Assembly: GCA_951406725.2 (NCBI GenBank)
Contig: OX597820.1
Coordinates: forward strand, 26,846,001 to 26,910,000
Reading direction: 5' to 3'
Length of the DNA stretch: 64,000 nucleotides
DNA from: Octopus vulgaris
Taxonomy: Eukaryota
A program made the translations under genes and the position numbers. Shown piece after piece: positions 26,661 through 40,917 of the stretch; the first letter of the stretch is position 1; each line of letters starts with the position of its first letter. The notes beneath the pieces are model-generated. The model saw nothing but the letters and a program-made list of their open reading frames with translations, searched no databases and was not told where the DNA came from.

Positions 26661-28210
26661 TGGATAGATAGATAAATAGTCAAAGGTATCGATGTGTTGG
26701 GAAAAATTTTGGTTTCCAGCCATTTGGTTTTGAGTTCAGTTCCACTGTACAGCTCCTTGTGAAAGTGTCTTTTTCTCTACCCATGAACTAGAAAATGCCT
26801 TGTGAGTAAATTTATTATATGGAAACTGTGAGGAAGCTTGTCATGTATTTCATCCTTTTCGGAAGCCTGTTATATATGAACCGATGCTGGTGTGCTTACG
26901 TCCCCGTAACTTAGCGGTTCGGCAAAAGAGACCGATAGAATAAGTACTAGGCTTACAAAGAATAAGTCCTGGGGTCGATTTGCTTGACTAAAAAGGCGGT
27001 GCTCCAGCATGGCCGCAGTCAAATGACTGAAACAAGTAAAAGAGTAAATATACACACATATATATATATATACTCTGTTTGGCTGGGACATAGAATGAAC
27101 ACATGCCTGCTAGTTAAACTACAACAGTTAACACTTACTTGATACTTTTATTTACTATTTCATTGTCTAGTGGGATAAGTACATAATGGAAATTAATATG
27201 CTTAAACTGTTCTTTTAGGGTCATAGCCTAATGTTCTTTCTGAATGAAAGGCTCCCGTGTGTTGTCAATCTTTATGCTCAGTTTTCTGGGTGAGGTTTTC
27301 CAAACAGCGTATGATATATAGCAACTGTGGAAGAAATTTTGAAGTGTTTTTGACCCATATATTTGGTGCAAATACAAGTGCTACAGTCTCGTTTACAGCC
27401 ATGTCAGCCCTCACTTATAGCCATATCAACCCTTACTGATCGGAGTTAATCTTACCATGATCATCCTGTCTTTGTCTCCTCTGTGCAGGGAAGCAAGAAC
27501 CACATTATTTAACATGTCCATTTTATAAGCTGGTAAGGTATGAACTGAGAGATAATTTTCTTCATCATTTAAACATGTCCGTCAAATGATATACTTTAAA
27601 TCATTGTTTTCACATAGTATTTTATTCTGTTATAGTTTCATTTTCATTTAAATATTCAGCATAAAAGACACCTTTACCTATCATACAAAATTGCAGATCA
27701 TCTTGATTAGAATTAAACTTGTCATTAGTGGTTTGATAGGAGAATCTTTTAACTCTTGATTCCAATGACTACTGCTTGTTTGCTGGAATATATGAATAAA
27801 GCCATGTCTTATCACCAATAACAATCTCTGTGAATACTATCACTGTCAAAAATATATATGAGGTTGTTGTACAGTTCAAATATATTTGCTGATTGGCACT
27901 TGTTAATATATGATGAAGAATCCCCAGCTAATGACATTGATGATTCTACAAATTTGCCTGTAGATCCTATACATACATACATACATACATACACATACAC
28001 ACATACATAGATGTATGTATGTATATACGAATGTATTGATAGATATAGATAGAGAGATGATGGATGGATGGACGGACGGACATGGATAGATGGACAGATA
28101 GATAGAAAGATAGATATCTTGCAAGCATGATTGTGTGGTTGAGAACATTGCTTTGCAACTATGTGGTTTCAAGTTCAGTCCCACTGTATGTATGTATATA
28201 TGTATGTATG

Positions 28211-28247
<37 letters not shown>

Positions 28248-28281
28248 GTATATATATTTATATATATACGTGCGTGTGAGT

Positions 28282-28341
<60 letters not shown>

Positions 28342-28717
28342 TTGTGAGTGTGTGTGTGTGTATCATCATCATCATCGTCATGTTATACTAGTTTCAGTCA
28401 CTGAATTGTGGGTATGTTGTGTGCTGCACTGAAGTGTCTAGACAAAACAAATCGATCCAGATATTACTTTTAAAAGTCAGGTCCTTATTCTATTATTATT
28501 TTTTGCCGAACCACTAAGTCTCAGGGATGTAAATATACCAAACTTATTGTTATGTGTGATTCCATGCGTTTTTCATCTACCAAATACACTCTCAGGACAT
28601 TGGTCAACTTGAAGCTGTAGTAAAAGATACTTGCCCAAGGTGCTGCACAGTGGGACTGAACCTGAAACCACATAGTTGCAAAGCAATGCTCTCAACCACA
28701 CAATCCTGCTTGCAAGA

Positions 28718-29185
<468 letters not shown>

Positions 29186-29807
29186 AAATGCAAATTCTCT
29201 ATAGGGGCACCACTCAATACTTCGAGCGTCAAGCTGTGTGTCATGTATCCATAGTTCTGGTTGCTTAGTCATCAGGTAAATATTGATTCTGTACAATGAT
29301 CAAAGACGTGTAGCCATACTATCTTTTATTCAGTTATAATGTGTCTAGGACTACATTATCCAAAGCATTCTTAATTAGTTTAAAGCTGTAGAATGTAATT
29401 TGTGGGAGATTTGGTTGTTATTTCTTGCAGTTGAAGTGATCACGTAGAAGCTCCCTCATTGTGTCTAAGTGTATGTAGGTTAAGTAATTTTGGAAGAGAT
29501 CATTTCTTCCTAAGCTGTAACACAAGAGGAGATAAACGCATCCAATGGCGCACTTATCAATTTTTAGATTACTACTGATCCTTTCAGCAATGCCGTAGTT
29601 CGCACAGATTGTAACAGCAGCCAAAAATCCCCCAAAACATACTATATGGTCCTTAAAAACACATATGATATAAGGCATCACAGACTACATTATTACTGAA
29701 AGAAAACAAACATACAATCCCCAGAATTGTAGCGAGTTGAATGACTTTAATCATAGAGCTTTTCGATCGAAGCTGACCTGGGATAAAACAACAGCAGTAA
29801 GTTAGTA

Positions 29808-30371
29808 TTGGGTTGTCCGGAATGTTCGTGCCGATTTATAGTAGCTTACCTTTCGACTTGTTTTAGAAGATGGTTGAATCCATGAAATAGGATTTGACTA
29901 CACCTCCATTTAGAGCACAGTTTAAGCTATCTTTTCGTAGAAGAAGGTTTGTTTCTATAACCTGTATTAATTCTGTAACCCTTTAAAATGGAAGATAAGA
30001 AAGTTCATTTTCGGCACTTGATGCTTTGGAAGCCAGACAAAAATTGCTGCAACTCGGCTGGGATATGTTTCCCCACCCTCCATATTTACCAGATATTGCT
30101 CCTTCGGATTTCCACTTATTCAGGTCTCTGTAGAATAGTCTTAATGGTAAAAATTTCAATTCCTTGGATGACGCAAAAAGATACCTTGATGAATTCTTTG
30201 CCATGAAACCACCTCAATTCCGGGAAGAGGGTATTTTCGAGTTAAAGGAAAGATGGAGACGAATTTTGCAACAAAATGGTTCATATTTGGTTGATTAAAA
30301 ATGTAATGGCAAGTATTTATTGACCTTTTTCTTTCCTTTGAAAATCAGCACGAACTTTCCGGACAACCCAA
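29808..30371 (+). mobile_element. Internally deleted mariner transposon
   Basis: About 30-bp TIRs ttgggttgtccggaatgttcgtgccgattt / aaatcagcacgaactttccggacaacccaa with TA TSD. Transposase N-terminus MEDKKVHFRHLML is fused to the C-terminus LGWDMFPHPPYLPDIAPSDFHLFRSL...QQNGSYLVD. Confidence 0.92.
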
Positions 30372-30719
30372 TATATTTCTGCGTTAACATTCTGGGTCAT
30401 TTAAGATTTTTGAGCTAAGTACTATAGACACAAAGTGGAGGTTTTATTCATTCCGACTCCGTACACTGCGTTTAAATCTTACCTTTGATCTTTCAGGGGT
30501 AGATAAATAGAGCACCAGTCCAGTACAGGAGGTGCGTTTTTCTTTTTCTTTCTATCATTTCTCTCTCTCTATCTCTCTCTGTCTGTGTCTCTGTCTGTCT
30601 GTCTGTTTGTCTCTCTCTCCTTGGATGAAATCTAGTGTGGTCAGGTTCGATGGGGGAATGAGCTTCTTGAAGTTTCAAATACCCATAATATACACGCTCA
30701 CATACAAACGCATACACAA

Positions 30720-30750
<31 letters not shown>

Positions 30751-30849
30751 CACACACGTATCCCTTTGCAAGTTGTGATATACAAATCACCAAAATAACA
30801 GATTAGCCATTCAGCTACATTTTCTCTCTGTTATGGTATTTTGTTCCAA

Positions 30850-31190
30850 GATACGTCTCGCTGATGCACTGGGATGCATCATCAGTGATGCTTTTGGAGT
30901 ATTAAGGAGTTTCGGGTCTCTCAACATCAGACTTCCTCGTCCAGCTGATCTAACCAGAATTGGTCACGTTCCAGCTTGCATCCCAATAGCAGCAAACCAC
31001 TGTCTGTCCTCTTTATCTAAAACCACCCAGTGGCTTTCTCGGCACATTCACAGATGGAATTTATGAACCTCTTCGTTAAACCTTGTCAGAGTTTTGCTGA
31101 ACGAATACCCCAAAAATCCCCGGCAGCCCACTTCAGTTGTCTTGCAACATGCCTGCCAGCCAAAGGACGCCAAATTAAGAAGCATAAATA
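30850..31190 (-). mobile_element. Hero-clade non-LTR retrotransposon 3' fragment
   Basis: GWQACCKTTEVGCRGFLG and ECAEKATGWF*IKR match Hero EVGCRGF and AEKASRWLWIKR. The 3' UTR ctgatgttgagagacccgaaac...catcactgatgat follows. Confidence 0.75.
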
Positions 31191-31798
31191 AATAGGAAAT
31201 TACCAGGAAAAGTTAATAATTACGAAATTACGCTATGTAACACAATTTTTATCCTTGGATAGTAACTGCTATTTCCTATTTGCTTACTCCTAGAAAGTAT
31301 AAGAAATGGTTCAAAATTTGCTTTTGTTAAATTTATTCAAAGCCCAAAGAATCTCTCTCCACATATGGCTATGATGCTCCCCAACTACTCCTGCTCATGA
31401 TCAGAGATGTACATATTGTTATCCACAAAGGGACATGCTCAAGTGGCAAAGCTCTAGCAACTGACAAGCAAATCTGTGGTACTGAGCAGAATGTTTGCTA
31501 TAAAAATATTTATGCTTCAGTAACTCAGCGCCGAATCTCTTTGAAATGTAGGTCAGTTTCAAAACATTGATGTCCAGGTCACAAAAGCAAAGTTTGAAGG
31601 GAATAGTAGTAATTTACTTTGATTTCTAGATCGAAGCAAATAAGAAATAAAACTTCCTGACCAAAGACAAAAAAAAAAAAATGTTACAGATTAAAATTTT
31701 CACATTATTCAAAAAACAATTCTCAAGTTGCTGAAAAAAAACAGAAATCCAAATCGAAGGATTGCTGAACAAACAATTGCACCATTTTCCATACATAC

Positions 31799-32071
31799 CG
31801 TAATGATTTCTACCATCTCGCTCTTCTCAATAGTGCCATCTTTATTTTTATCATACATCGTGAAGGCCCAATTCAGTTTTTCCTTCGGATCTCTTGCCGA
31901 GGTCACACTGATGGCAAGCATAAATTCCTTGAAATCAATATGGCCACTGTTATCATGGTCAAATGTGCGGAACACGTGATCACAGAACATTTCTGGATTT
32001 CCTTGTCGGAAAAGGTCGGAATATACTTCCATTAACTTATCTTTTGACAATAATCCTTTTGGGCAATCTTT
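31799..32071 (-). CDS. NCS2: Neuronal calcium sensor (NCS-2-like), middle coding exon (EF1 loop, EF2, EF3)
   Basis: Acceptor tttcaatttacag, donor ACG|gtatgt. [17 protein letters not shown]...[30 protein letters not shown]...[24 protein letters not shown]. Confidence 0.97.
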
Positions 32072-32605
32072 CTGTAAATTGAAAATAAAAGAAAAAAATG
32101 ATTAATAAGAAAAAAAAAAAAGATGATTGAAAAATTAAGTCTTAGATCGTAAAAGAGAAGATTATTAATGCAAGATTATAGAATAGAAGGAAGCTAATTC
32201 AATGTTTTTGTCGGTAATAATTAAATATAAATAATAATATAAAGTTTGCGAAATATACATGGCTGTGTGGCTAAGAAGTATTTCTCGCAAGCGTGTGGGT
32301 TTGGGTTCAATCCCACAGTGTGACAATTTAAACAAATGTCTTCCACTATTACTAAGGGGTGACAATACCGAATGGGTGAAATTCTGTTGATGGAAACTGG
32401 AAATCTTTACACATTTGGCAAATGTTTGCAAACGGCTAAGGTGAAATCCCAATGAAAGGAGTGGCAGTCCGTACACTGCCAGAGATGTGTGTCACTTTGT
32501 TTCTCAGCTTCACATCGCACATAGCTCAACTTTGCTCTTCCTAATTCCGATGTCGATATAATAAGTGCTTTTCAAGTACTTGACTCGATTAATGCGCAAA
32601 CGCGT

Positions 32606-32670
<65 letters not shown>

Positions 32671-32712
32671 CGCACACACGCACACATTATGGTCACATAT
32701 ACATGTATATAT

Positions 32713-32944
32713 TTCTTTACTACCCACAAGGGGCTAAACACAGAGAGGACAAACAAGGACAGACAAACGGATTAAGTCGATTACATCGACCCCAGTGCGT
32801 AATTGGTACTTAATTTATCGACCCCGAAAGGATGAAAGGCCAAGTCGACCTCGGCGGAATTTGAACTCAGAACGTAACGGCAGACGAAATACGGCTACGC
32901 ATTTCGGCCGACGTGCTAATGTTTCTGCCGGCTCGCCGACTTAA
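32713..32944 (-). mobile_element. Young family A tRNA-derived SINE with ~20-bp TSD
   Basis: Near-identical to 61275-61505. tcacatatacatgtatatat occurs at 32693-32712 and 32945-32964. Confidence 0.9.
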
Positions 32945-33825
32945 TCACATATACATGTATATATGTATGCATGTATGTATGTATTGACATATTTATTTCG
33001 AAATGCGTTGCTTAGAATTTCACAAGTGAGAATAACACTCTTGATCATTCGAATGGTTTATTTTGCTTGGCAAGGCTTTCACAGCTTTCAAAGAAGGCAG
33101 GTTGTCATTAGATAATGAGTAAGAGTTGTTTTTATTGACTGGTGTAGATCACCCAGTAGAAAAAGTGACAGCCAACTGCCATTAGATGGAACTGTAACTA
33201 ACAGCTGACTAGGTGAGATCGTCACAGATTGACGGTACAATCTGTGCCTTTCTGTGGCTTCTGATTGTTACTAGGTAGGAAGCAGCTTTTGCATGGTGAG
33301 AAGATTTAGCATTCTTCATTATTTGCAAAAGATTCAGATGCAGCACATTGTAAATGAATTTGGCAAGCGGAAACTGTGAGAAATCTCATTGTCTTTGTGC
33401 TTGTATTTGTGCCCACATCACTTGACAACCGATTTTGGTTTGTTTACGTTCCTGTAACGTAGCGGTTTGCTAAAATCAACAATAAAATAAGTACCAGTCT
33501 AAAAAATACGTTCTCGGTCGATTTATTCGACTAAACTATTCAAGGCAGTGTGCCCCAGCATGGCCGCAGTCCAGTAATAACAAATAAAAACAAGTAAAAA
33601 GTAAAAGATAACAAAATTAAGTTTTAACTAGTTTGGTAACAAGCCGTTCCGCCAAATTTCATGTTTGACTAGAATTTCTGTATGCCTTTCTTTCCTAACA
33701 AACTAACCACTTGGATCAGAATTTAACTTCTCTGGCTACTATATGTTGCTAGTCACTGTGTGAATTCTTCCGATTGGTTATTCCGTGTAAGTTTCGCTGG
33801 ACTGTAAAAATTGCCTGGAGTATAT

Positions 33826-34021
33826 ATTATTAATAATAAAGAGTATGGACACCTATTCATAAAATTTATTCTATAATTTTATACAACACATTATAATGAT
33901 CTACACGTGCTTTAGTAGTCGGTGCAGTGTAAACACGTGTAGGTCATTATAATATGTTGTATAAAATTATAGAATAAATGTTGTGGATGAACTAACCTCC
34001 ATATTCTTTATTAGTATTAAT
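33826..34021. repeat. Imperfect inverted repeat (~90-bp arms)
   Basis: atttattctataattttatacaacacattataatgatctacacgtg mirrors cacgtgtaggtcattataatatgttgtataaaattatagaataaat. Confidence 0.85.
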
Positions 34022-34046
34022 GTATGTATGTGTATATATATATATA

Positions 34047-34799
34047 TCTAATATAGGATAAAAATTTTCGAAAAAAATTCTATCAATGGTTAGCATATTA
34101 AAAAAATACCTTTAAAGGTTAAATTTATAAACAACTTATAAACAAGAGCAAAAGAAAAAAATTCTAATGCCAAATATGCGGAAAATAGACTTAAATCGTC
34201 AATAACCATATAATTCATCACTATAAGCATGCGTCTCGAAGTAAGCGACAGATATTTCTAAAAAATTCCGTTATAATCGTATCGGTCCCGATTTCCGAGT
34301 TAATTTATAAGAATTTTCTCCTCGTCAGTGATAAATGTGGCAAAGAAATAAATGAAATACTTACTTACACCCATGGAAGAAGCAAACACTAAGTCATGTG
34401 TACGCTTAAGTACCCCAAATATATCCAAAATAGAAATTCTATTGCACACCCCGACACACGTGTGATCGGACGGAAAATTCACATAGAGTGAGAGTCCGGA
34501 AGTGAATAGTATTATATTTAATCTAATATAGGATAAAATTTGTCGAAAAAAATTCTGTCAATGGCCAGCATATTAAAAAATACTTTTAAAGGTTAAATCT
34601 ATAAACAACTTATAAACAAGGGCTAAAGAAAAAACTTCTAATGCTAAATATGCCGAAAATAGACTTAAATCGGACACTCTCACTCAATGAGAATTTTTAG
34701 TCCGATAACACGTGTCCCGGGGTGTGCTGTAGAATTTCTATTTTAGATATATTTGCGATAGTTAAGTGTACATATGACTTAGTGTTTGCTTCTTCCATG

Positions 34800-34802
<3 letters not shown>
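34047..34802. mobile_element. Penelope-derived element with partial tandem duplication and inverted end
   Basis: Direct repeat 34047-34198 / 34521-34671, inverted repeat 34369-34497 / 34671-34802, internal hammerhead-like motif, (TA)n flanks. Confidence 0.65.
34274..34334 (-). ncRNA. Degenerate type I hammerhead motif
   Basis: CUGACGA-GGAG...CUCG-GAAA-UCGGGACCGA-UA, with mismatches at the bases of stems I and II. Confidence 0.5.
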
Positions 34803-34851
<49 letters not shown>

Positions 34852-34876
34852 CATGTGTATATATAATATATATATT

Positions 34877-35101
34877 CTTTTATTCTATTACTTGTTTCAG
34901 TTATTTGACTGCGGCCAATGTAGAGCATCGCCTTTAGTCGAACAAATCGACTCCAGGACTTATTGTTTGTAAGTCTAGTACTTATTCTATCGGTCACTTT
35001 TGCCGAACTGCTAAGTTACGGGGGCGTAAACACACCAGCATCTGTTGTCAAGCGATGTTGGGGGGACAAACACAGACACACAAACATACACACGCACACA
35101 C

Positions 35102-35134
<33 letters not shown>

Positions 35135-35550
35135 AATATATTTATATATATATATACGACGGGCTTCTTTCAGTTTCCGTCTACCTAATCCACTCACAAG
35201 GCTTTGGTCGGCCCGTTGCTATAGTAGAAGACACTTGCCCAAGGTGCAATGCGGTGGACTGAACCTGGAGCCGTGTGGTTGGTAAGCAAGCTACTTACCA
35301 CACAAAGCCTTGTGAGTGGATTTGGTAGACGGAAACTGAAAGAAGCCCGTTGTACGTATGTATATATATATATATATATGTATGTATGTGTGTATATGTT
35401 TGTGTGTCTGTGTTTGTCCCCCCCCCCCAACATCGCTTGACAACCGATGGTGGTGTGTTTACTTCCCTGTAAGTTAGCGGTTCGGTAAAAGGGACCGATA
35501 GAATAAGTACTAGGCTTCCAACGAATAAGACCTGGTGTCGATTTGCTCGA
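34877..35550. mobile_element. Head-to-head inverted pair of family B (CORE-like) SINEs
   Basis: A minus copy at about 34877-35303 is fused to a plus partial copy at 35304-35550. Confidence 0.85.
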
Positions 35551-35633
35551 ATATATGTATGTTCTCTTTCTCTTTTCTCTTTTACTTGTTTCAGTCATTT
35601 GACTGCGGCCATATATATAAAATGCGTACTCAC

Positions 35634-35744
35634 CATAAAACCTTGGTACCATATTTTGATTTGTGATTCACCGAAGTGAGTGTGCTTTGTAAGGAATTGC
35701 ATATCCTCCTTCGTCAATTTCTTCTTCGAATGTCTGTTTCCCAT
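35634..35744 (-). CDS. NCS2: Neuronal calcium sensor (NCS-2-like), first coding exon
   Basis: caaaaATGG start, MGNRHSKKKLTKEDMQFLTKHTHFGESQIKIWYQGFM, donor ATG|gtgagt, MGxxxS myristoylation motif. Confidence 0.95.
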
Positions 35745-36064
35745 TTTTGATTAAATGGATAAAGGCTAAATCTGAAAAAATGAAAACAAAAAATAAACAA
35801 TATAAATGTGTTTAAAACGATACACATAGACATATATGCATATCTATCTGTCTGTCTGTCTGTCTGTCTATATATTTAGGTATGTTGGTGCAAACAGGAA
35901 AATCTGCTATATATACACACATACAAAGAATATAGAACACATAATATATATATAAATATATCAGGGATATAAATGAATATATATAAAATATATACAGAAA
36001 TATATAAAATATATGTACGTATGTACGTATATATATATATATATATATATAACATATGTGTGTG

Positions 36065-36191
<127 letters not shown>

Positions 36192-36282
36192 ATAGGAAAA
36201 TATACATATATATATGTATATCGGGAAATTGGATAAGGAGACGAACGCCCGGTAATTTGTTAAACCATTTATATCTTGAAGT

Positions 36283-36367
36283 CTTCTACATATGCTTCGA
36301 TGGATCCACCCCCAAAATGTCCGACAGGATAAATTATGTTCAGCAATGCATCATTCTCATCAGGAAG
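36283..36367 (-). ncRNA. Degenerate type I hammerhead motif with long stem II
   Basis: CUUC-CUGAUGA-(58 nt)-GAAG-CAUAUG-UA-GAAG. Stem I is a perfect 4 bp, stem III is palindromic, and GAAA is changed to GAAG. Confidence 0.5.
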
Positions 36368-36691
36368 GATATAGATAACAAACACATCAGACAGACATAT
36401 TAACAGAAATAGAAAGCTCTATGTAACGTATTTATATTTATATGCACACACACATACACACACTCAAAATTCTGACGTGTAAATATAAGCATTACATACA
36501 TACAAAAGAAAAGCAGGACAAGTAAACAGAGGAAGGACTCTTCATCAGTTGTTGGCTGTCTATCTAATCCTCATTTCGAGCATGAGGAGGAGTCGTTTCT
36601 CTGTGTTTACTTGTCCTGTTTCCATTTTTCTCTCTCGTTGTTTACGTATTTCATGTTGTTTGCACAGTTGGTGACGTCCTGTACCTATATA

Positions 36692-36736
<45 letters not shown>

Positions 36737-37299
36737 AAATTATTATATATATATATGCATGTATAAATTATATATTATATTATATACACATGTATATAAT
36801 ATAAAGAAAATGGGAAATTTGAATACAGCAATACCAATTTATTTACATTAATGTCATTAACATAAAGCCTACGATCGTTTCAATATCCACCTTCATTCAT
36901 TTAACAATAATTGCATTATGTATGTAGGTATGTATATATAATCGATTGTACATACTTTCAATGTATGTGTTTCGTTTGTTCGTCGATTCGCTGCGCATAG
37001 CACCTGGGGAGTGACTCACTCATTGCGCTGGGTGTCAAAATATATATATAATGAGATTTCTTCAATTTCTTTCTACGCAACAAGCACAGATGATTTGCCT
37101 GTAGTGGTAAAATATATGATTGTGTTGTACATTAGCTCAATCCTTCTATTCAAATCGACATTGCCTGTACATGTGTACAACAGGTCAGATGTTGAAGTGA
37201 TCGCAGAGTAACATGAAATGAAATGCTTTGCTCAAGAACACAAAGCACCGCTAGGCCCAGGATCCGAAACCATAACCACGCGCCTTTACATATACACAG

Positions 37300-37340
<41 letters not shown>

Positions 37341-37414
37341 CACACATATGAATATATATTTGATTTTTGATTTTTCCAGTTTCAGCTAATGAGCTGTGGC
37401 CATGCTGGGGCACC

Positions 37415-37480
<66 letters not shown>

Positions 37481-37753
37481 GCTCGAAATAAGGAGTAGCA
37501 GGACAGCAGACAACTGATGAAGCGTCGTTCTTTATGTTACTTGTCTTGTTTTCCATTTGTTTATCTCGTTGTTTGCGTACCCAACTTTATTTTCGTATTT
37601 CATGTTGTTTACGCTTTGTGACGTCCTTTATCCATGTATGCATATATTTATACATATATATGTAAGTACATATATGTATATATGCATATATATATCATTT
37701 ATATATATATCTCTATATATATATATACATGCATATGTATATACATACATACA

Positions 37754-37784
<31 letters not shown>

Positions 37785-40607
37785 GGAGAAAAGAACTCCT
37801 GAGCTATTAGAATATATGGTGTATGCGTGGGAAAAAAATTAAAAAACTACTACTGCTTGTTGTCATCTTTAATGGAAGAGATGGTACGATGGTAAAAGTT
37901 CAGAGTATGAATTATATAGTTTTGGGGTTACGCACTTAAAGACTTGGAATATTTTTTTGTCAATTAATATTCCACAAAACGAAAGGCCGAATGTTAACAC
38001 CACTGCGTGGTCTTTAGTGATGAAAACAACTTTCAAAGTTCAGACGAAAAAATGGTATAAAAATATATATAAAAAAAAACAAAAATAAAAATTGTTATAC
38101 GGGAGTTCTTTATTTTTTGCGAGTGATCTATTTTTATTTAAAAGCTAATTAATTTGGCTAATTAGTTCTAGTGCAAATTAAATAGTGAAACCTTTACAAA
38201 AAATGAATAAGAATGATGTAAACAATGTACTTTTTTTTTTATTTAGAAAAAAGATTTCTAAAGAGTCAGAACTGAATATAGGTTTCTGTAATGCCATGTG
38301 ATTAAAAGAGCAGTCATTTGGTACACATTTGTGGTAGCTGAGTATGGATGAACTGGAACATAAGATTATCTAGGTGAACAAATGGTCTTGACCAGAATGC
38401 TTTACTGTAGATTAAAAGCTCAAAATCTCATTAATAGTTTCTTTGTCAGGGAAGAATTATTGGAAGATGTGAAGTGAATTTTGTTATGTTTAGACCAAGA
38501 GAACTCCCTGAAATTGCAACAACATGACCAAAGGCATAGTAATAACTATCCTTCCTTATTTTGAACATACAAGGCTGCATCATAACACTGTGTCCTTCCA
38601 TATTTAAGACAGTAGGAATCGAATTGAAGATGTGGCTGTTTTTTTTCTTCTCCTTCATGACCAGTTGATTACATAAGAACCTCTTTATTGGCCACAGACA
38701 TTCAAGATGTTGTTGTTTAGCCCCAGAGTTACCTTGAACGAGCAAAATTGTACCCCCAAAAGCGGCCCAGTTAAGATTACCTGGTCCGTTTAGATATAGT
38801 GTACATAAGGCATTATCCAGTGTGTGGATCATTTTGAAAGAAACACGTAGCGTGATTCGAGAAAGATTTCATTGTTATTTCTACACCGAACAGCCACGAA
38901 GAGGATCTACCGTTGGTTAGTAACGTACATGCATTTCTCTGAATATAACCGTAGCTTCAGCGAAGTGTTTAAAAAACTATGAATAAAAGGCAGTTCAAAA
39001 CTCTACGGTGAAAATTCTTGCAGCAATTCCCAAAATGAAGAGATTGATCAGGCCGATGACCAGCTAAACATTGGTAGCCTAAAGGATCGCTGAGGAGGAA
39101 AGAACGTGTCCCGGTTCGAGCCTTTTGCTTGCAAGAGAAAGAAATATGTTACAGATATGAAATCGTCACGTGTACGAAGAACCCCGAAATTCAAAACAAT
39201 GATGTACTTAATCATTCCGGCATATTCGAACGTGAATATGCTTCTCACTGTTACGTTTCTGTTACGAAAAAAATCTCCTCTCAGACAATGTGTGTTCACG
39301 ACACATTTGATTCATTGAGGGAAGGGGACTTCGAGACACTGCGGTGTTTCAACCTGCTTGTGTCTCTTCGGTCGAAGGTACCTTTGGACTCTAAGCAAAA
39401 AGACTCTAAATAAATATTGTGGTTCTTGTTTATAAAATCAGCAAGCAAATTATTTGATGATGCTTGTTGATATTAGCCAAACCGTTAATAAATTATCAGA
39501 TGAACGAACAACTAAAATCAAAACAACAATATACATAATATTGGTATGTGATCTGGTATTCCATTTCGTTACACCCCCCCCCAAAAAAAAAACCCCACTG
39601 GTGATCCTGAGCTTCAACTTCCTCAACATGAATACATTTTTAGTGAGTGGTCGGTTTCTGTCGATTTTGTTCTTTTTTTTTAAAGAGGGGATATTTTTTT
39701 GTTTCATTAATAGCAGATATGAACTAAACTCAGAGAAGGACTCGTCAGTTTCAAAGTGCTGCTACTGCTTACAGCAGCAGAGAGAATCGGCCGCGTTGCG
39801 ACAATTAAAGATAATAAGTATGTTAGGCAGTAGTACTCGGCCACGTTGAGTCAGAATACTTATTTCCAAGTATGCTAGGCAGTACAGGTGATAGGAGACA
39901 GTTTTTCAATCGAAGATATGAACTAAACTCCTTTAGTTAGTGAAACACTCGTCACTTTCACAGTGCCGCCACTGAATACTACGGTGATTGGGTGACACAT
40001 CTCCGTCACGGCGACTCACGCTATCAAGATGTTACGAAAATATGTTCTTGACTCCAGTAAATAACATGCCATTATTGGTTAAGTCTAATTTATATTCAGA
40101 TGCATGGATAACATTTTGAAAACTAATTCCATTTAATTTCCCTTTGTAATAAAATCAATAATTTAATTAAAAATATATAATAAAAAAATTAATTATTATG
40201 TAAATGTATAATAGAATTCTGATTTAAATTCTAATTTAAATTCTAATATATTGTGTTCTGATTTTGTTTGTTGGATCTCATCAAACAGCAGTGAACTAAG
40301 AATTTCTAATTTATTTATATTTAAATAATGAACCAGGCAGGAACATATTGGAGACAAAATGGCCGAGTATTAAAAGTATTATTAAACTCTTCATTCATAT
40401 AAATCATAGCAGCAAATGCATTGTTCACTTTCGGTTACCCTTAGGTAAAGTATGCCTCAGCTGTTGTTGTTTTTTTTTTCAGCTGGCGGAAATAATCAGG
40501 CTAGAATCCAGCATAACTACGAAATCCTGAAGATGTTTCATTTACAGAATCTAGTGAATCCTCATTCATCATATTTGATTTAGTTTTAAATAGTAATGTA
40601 TATATGT

Positions 40608-40917
40608 GGAGGCGCAATGGCCCAGTGGTTAGGGCAGCACACTCGCGGTCGGAGGATCGCGGTTTCGATTCCCAGACCGGGCGTTGTGTGTGTTTACTGA
40701 GTAAAAACACCTAAAGTTCCACGAGGCTCCGACAGGGGGTAGTGACGACCCCTGTTGTACTCTTTCGCCCCAACATTCTCTCACTCTTGTTTCTTGAGTA
40801 ACGCTGCGATGGACTGCCGTCCCGTCCAGATGGGTGGGGAAACACATACGCCATAGAAACCGGGAAACCGGACCCATGAGCCTGGCTAGGCTTGGAAAGG
40901 GCGCATAAATAAATAAA
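40608..40917 (+). mobile_element. Family C tRNA-derived SINE, full length
   Basis: A box tggcccagtgg, B box ggtttcgattccc, (taaa)n tail, probable TSD agtaatgtat (40592 / 40918). Confidence 0.85.

Noticed and set aside
30905-30935. CTGATG...CCCGAAAC in the Hero 3' UTR
   Set aside because: The core is not CUGANGA and stems are lacking.
31709-32050. ORF-track 113-aa protein as a stand-alone gene
   Set aside because: It is an internal exon (31799-32071). The start is a TTG inside the exon and the tail is intron read-through.
36500-37635. Two copies of a repeat with GCTCGAAA...CTGATGAAG (type II hammerhead order)
   Set aside because: Stems I and III cannot be formed and stem II closes with a mismatch. 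Treated as repeat fragments.
40608-40685. tRNA-like sequences (also 46953, 52560, 57281, 63267)
   Set aside because: They are SINE heads continuing into repeat bodies, without a proper acceptor stem.
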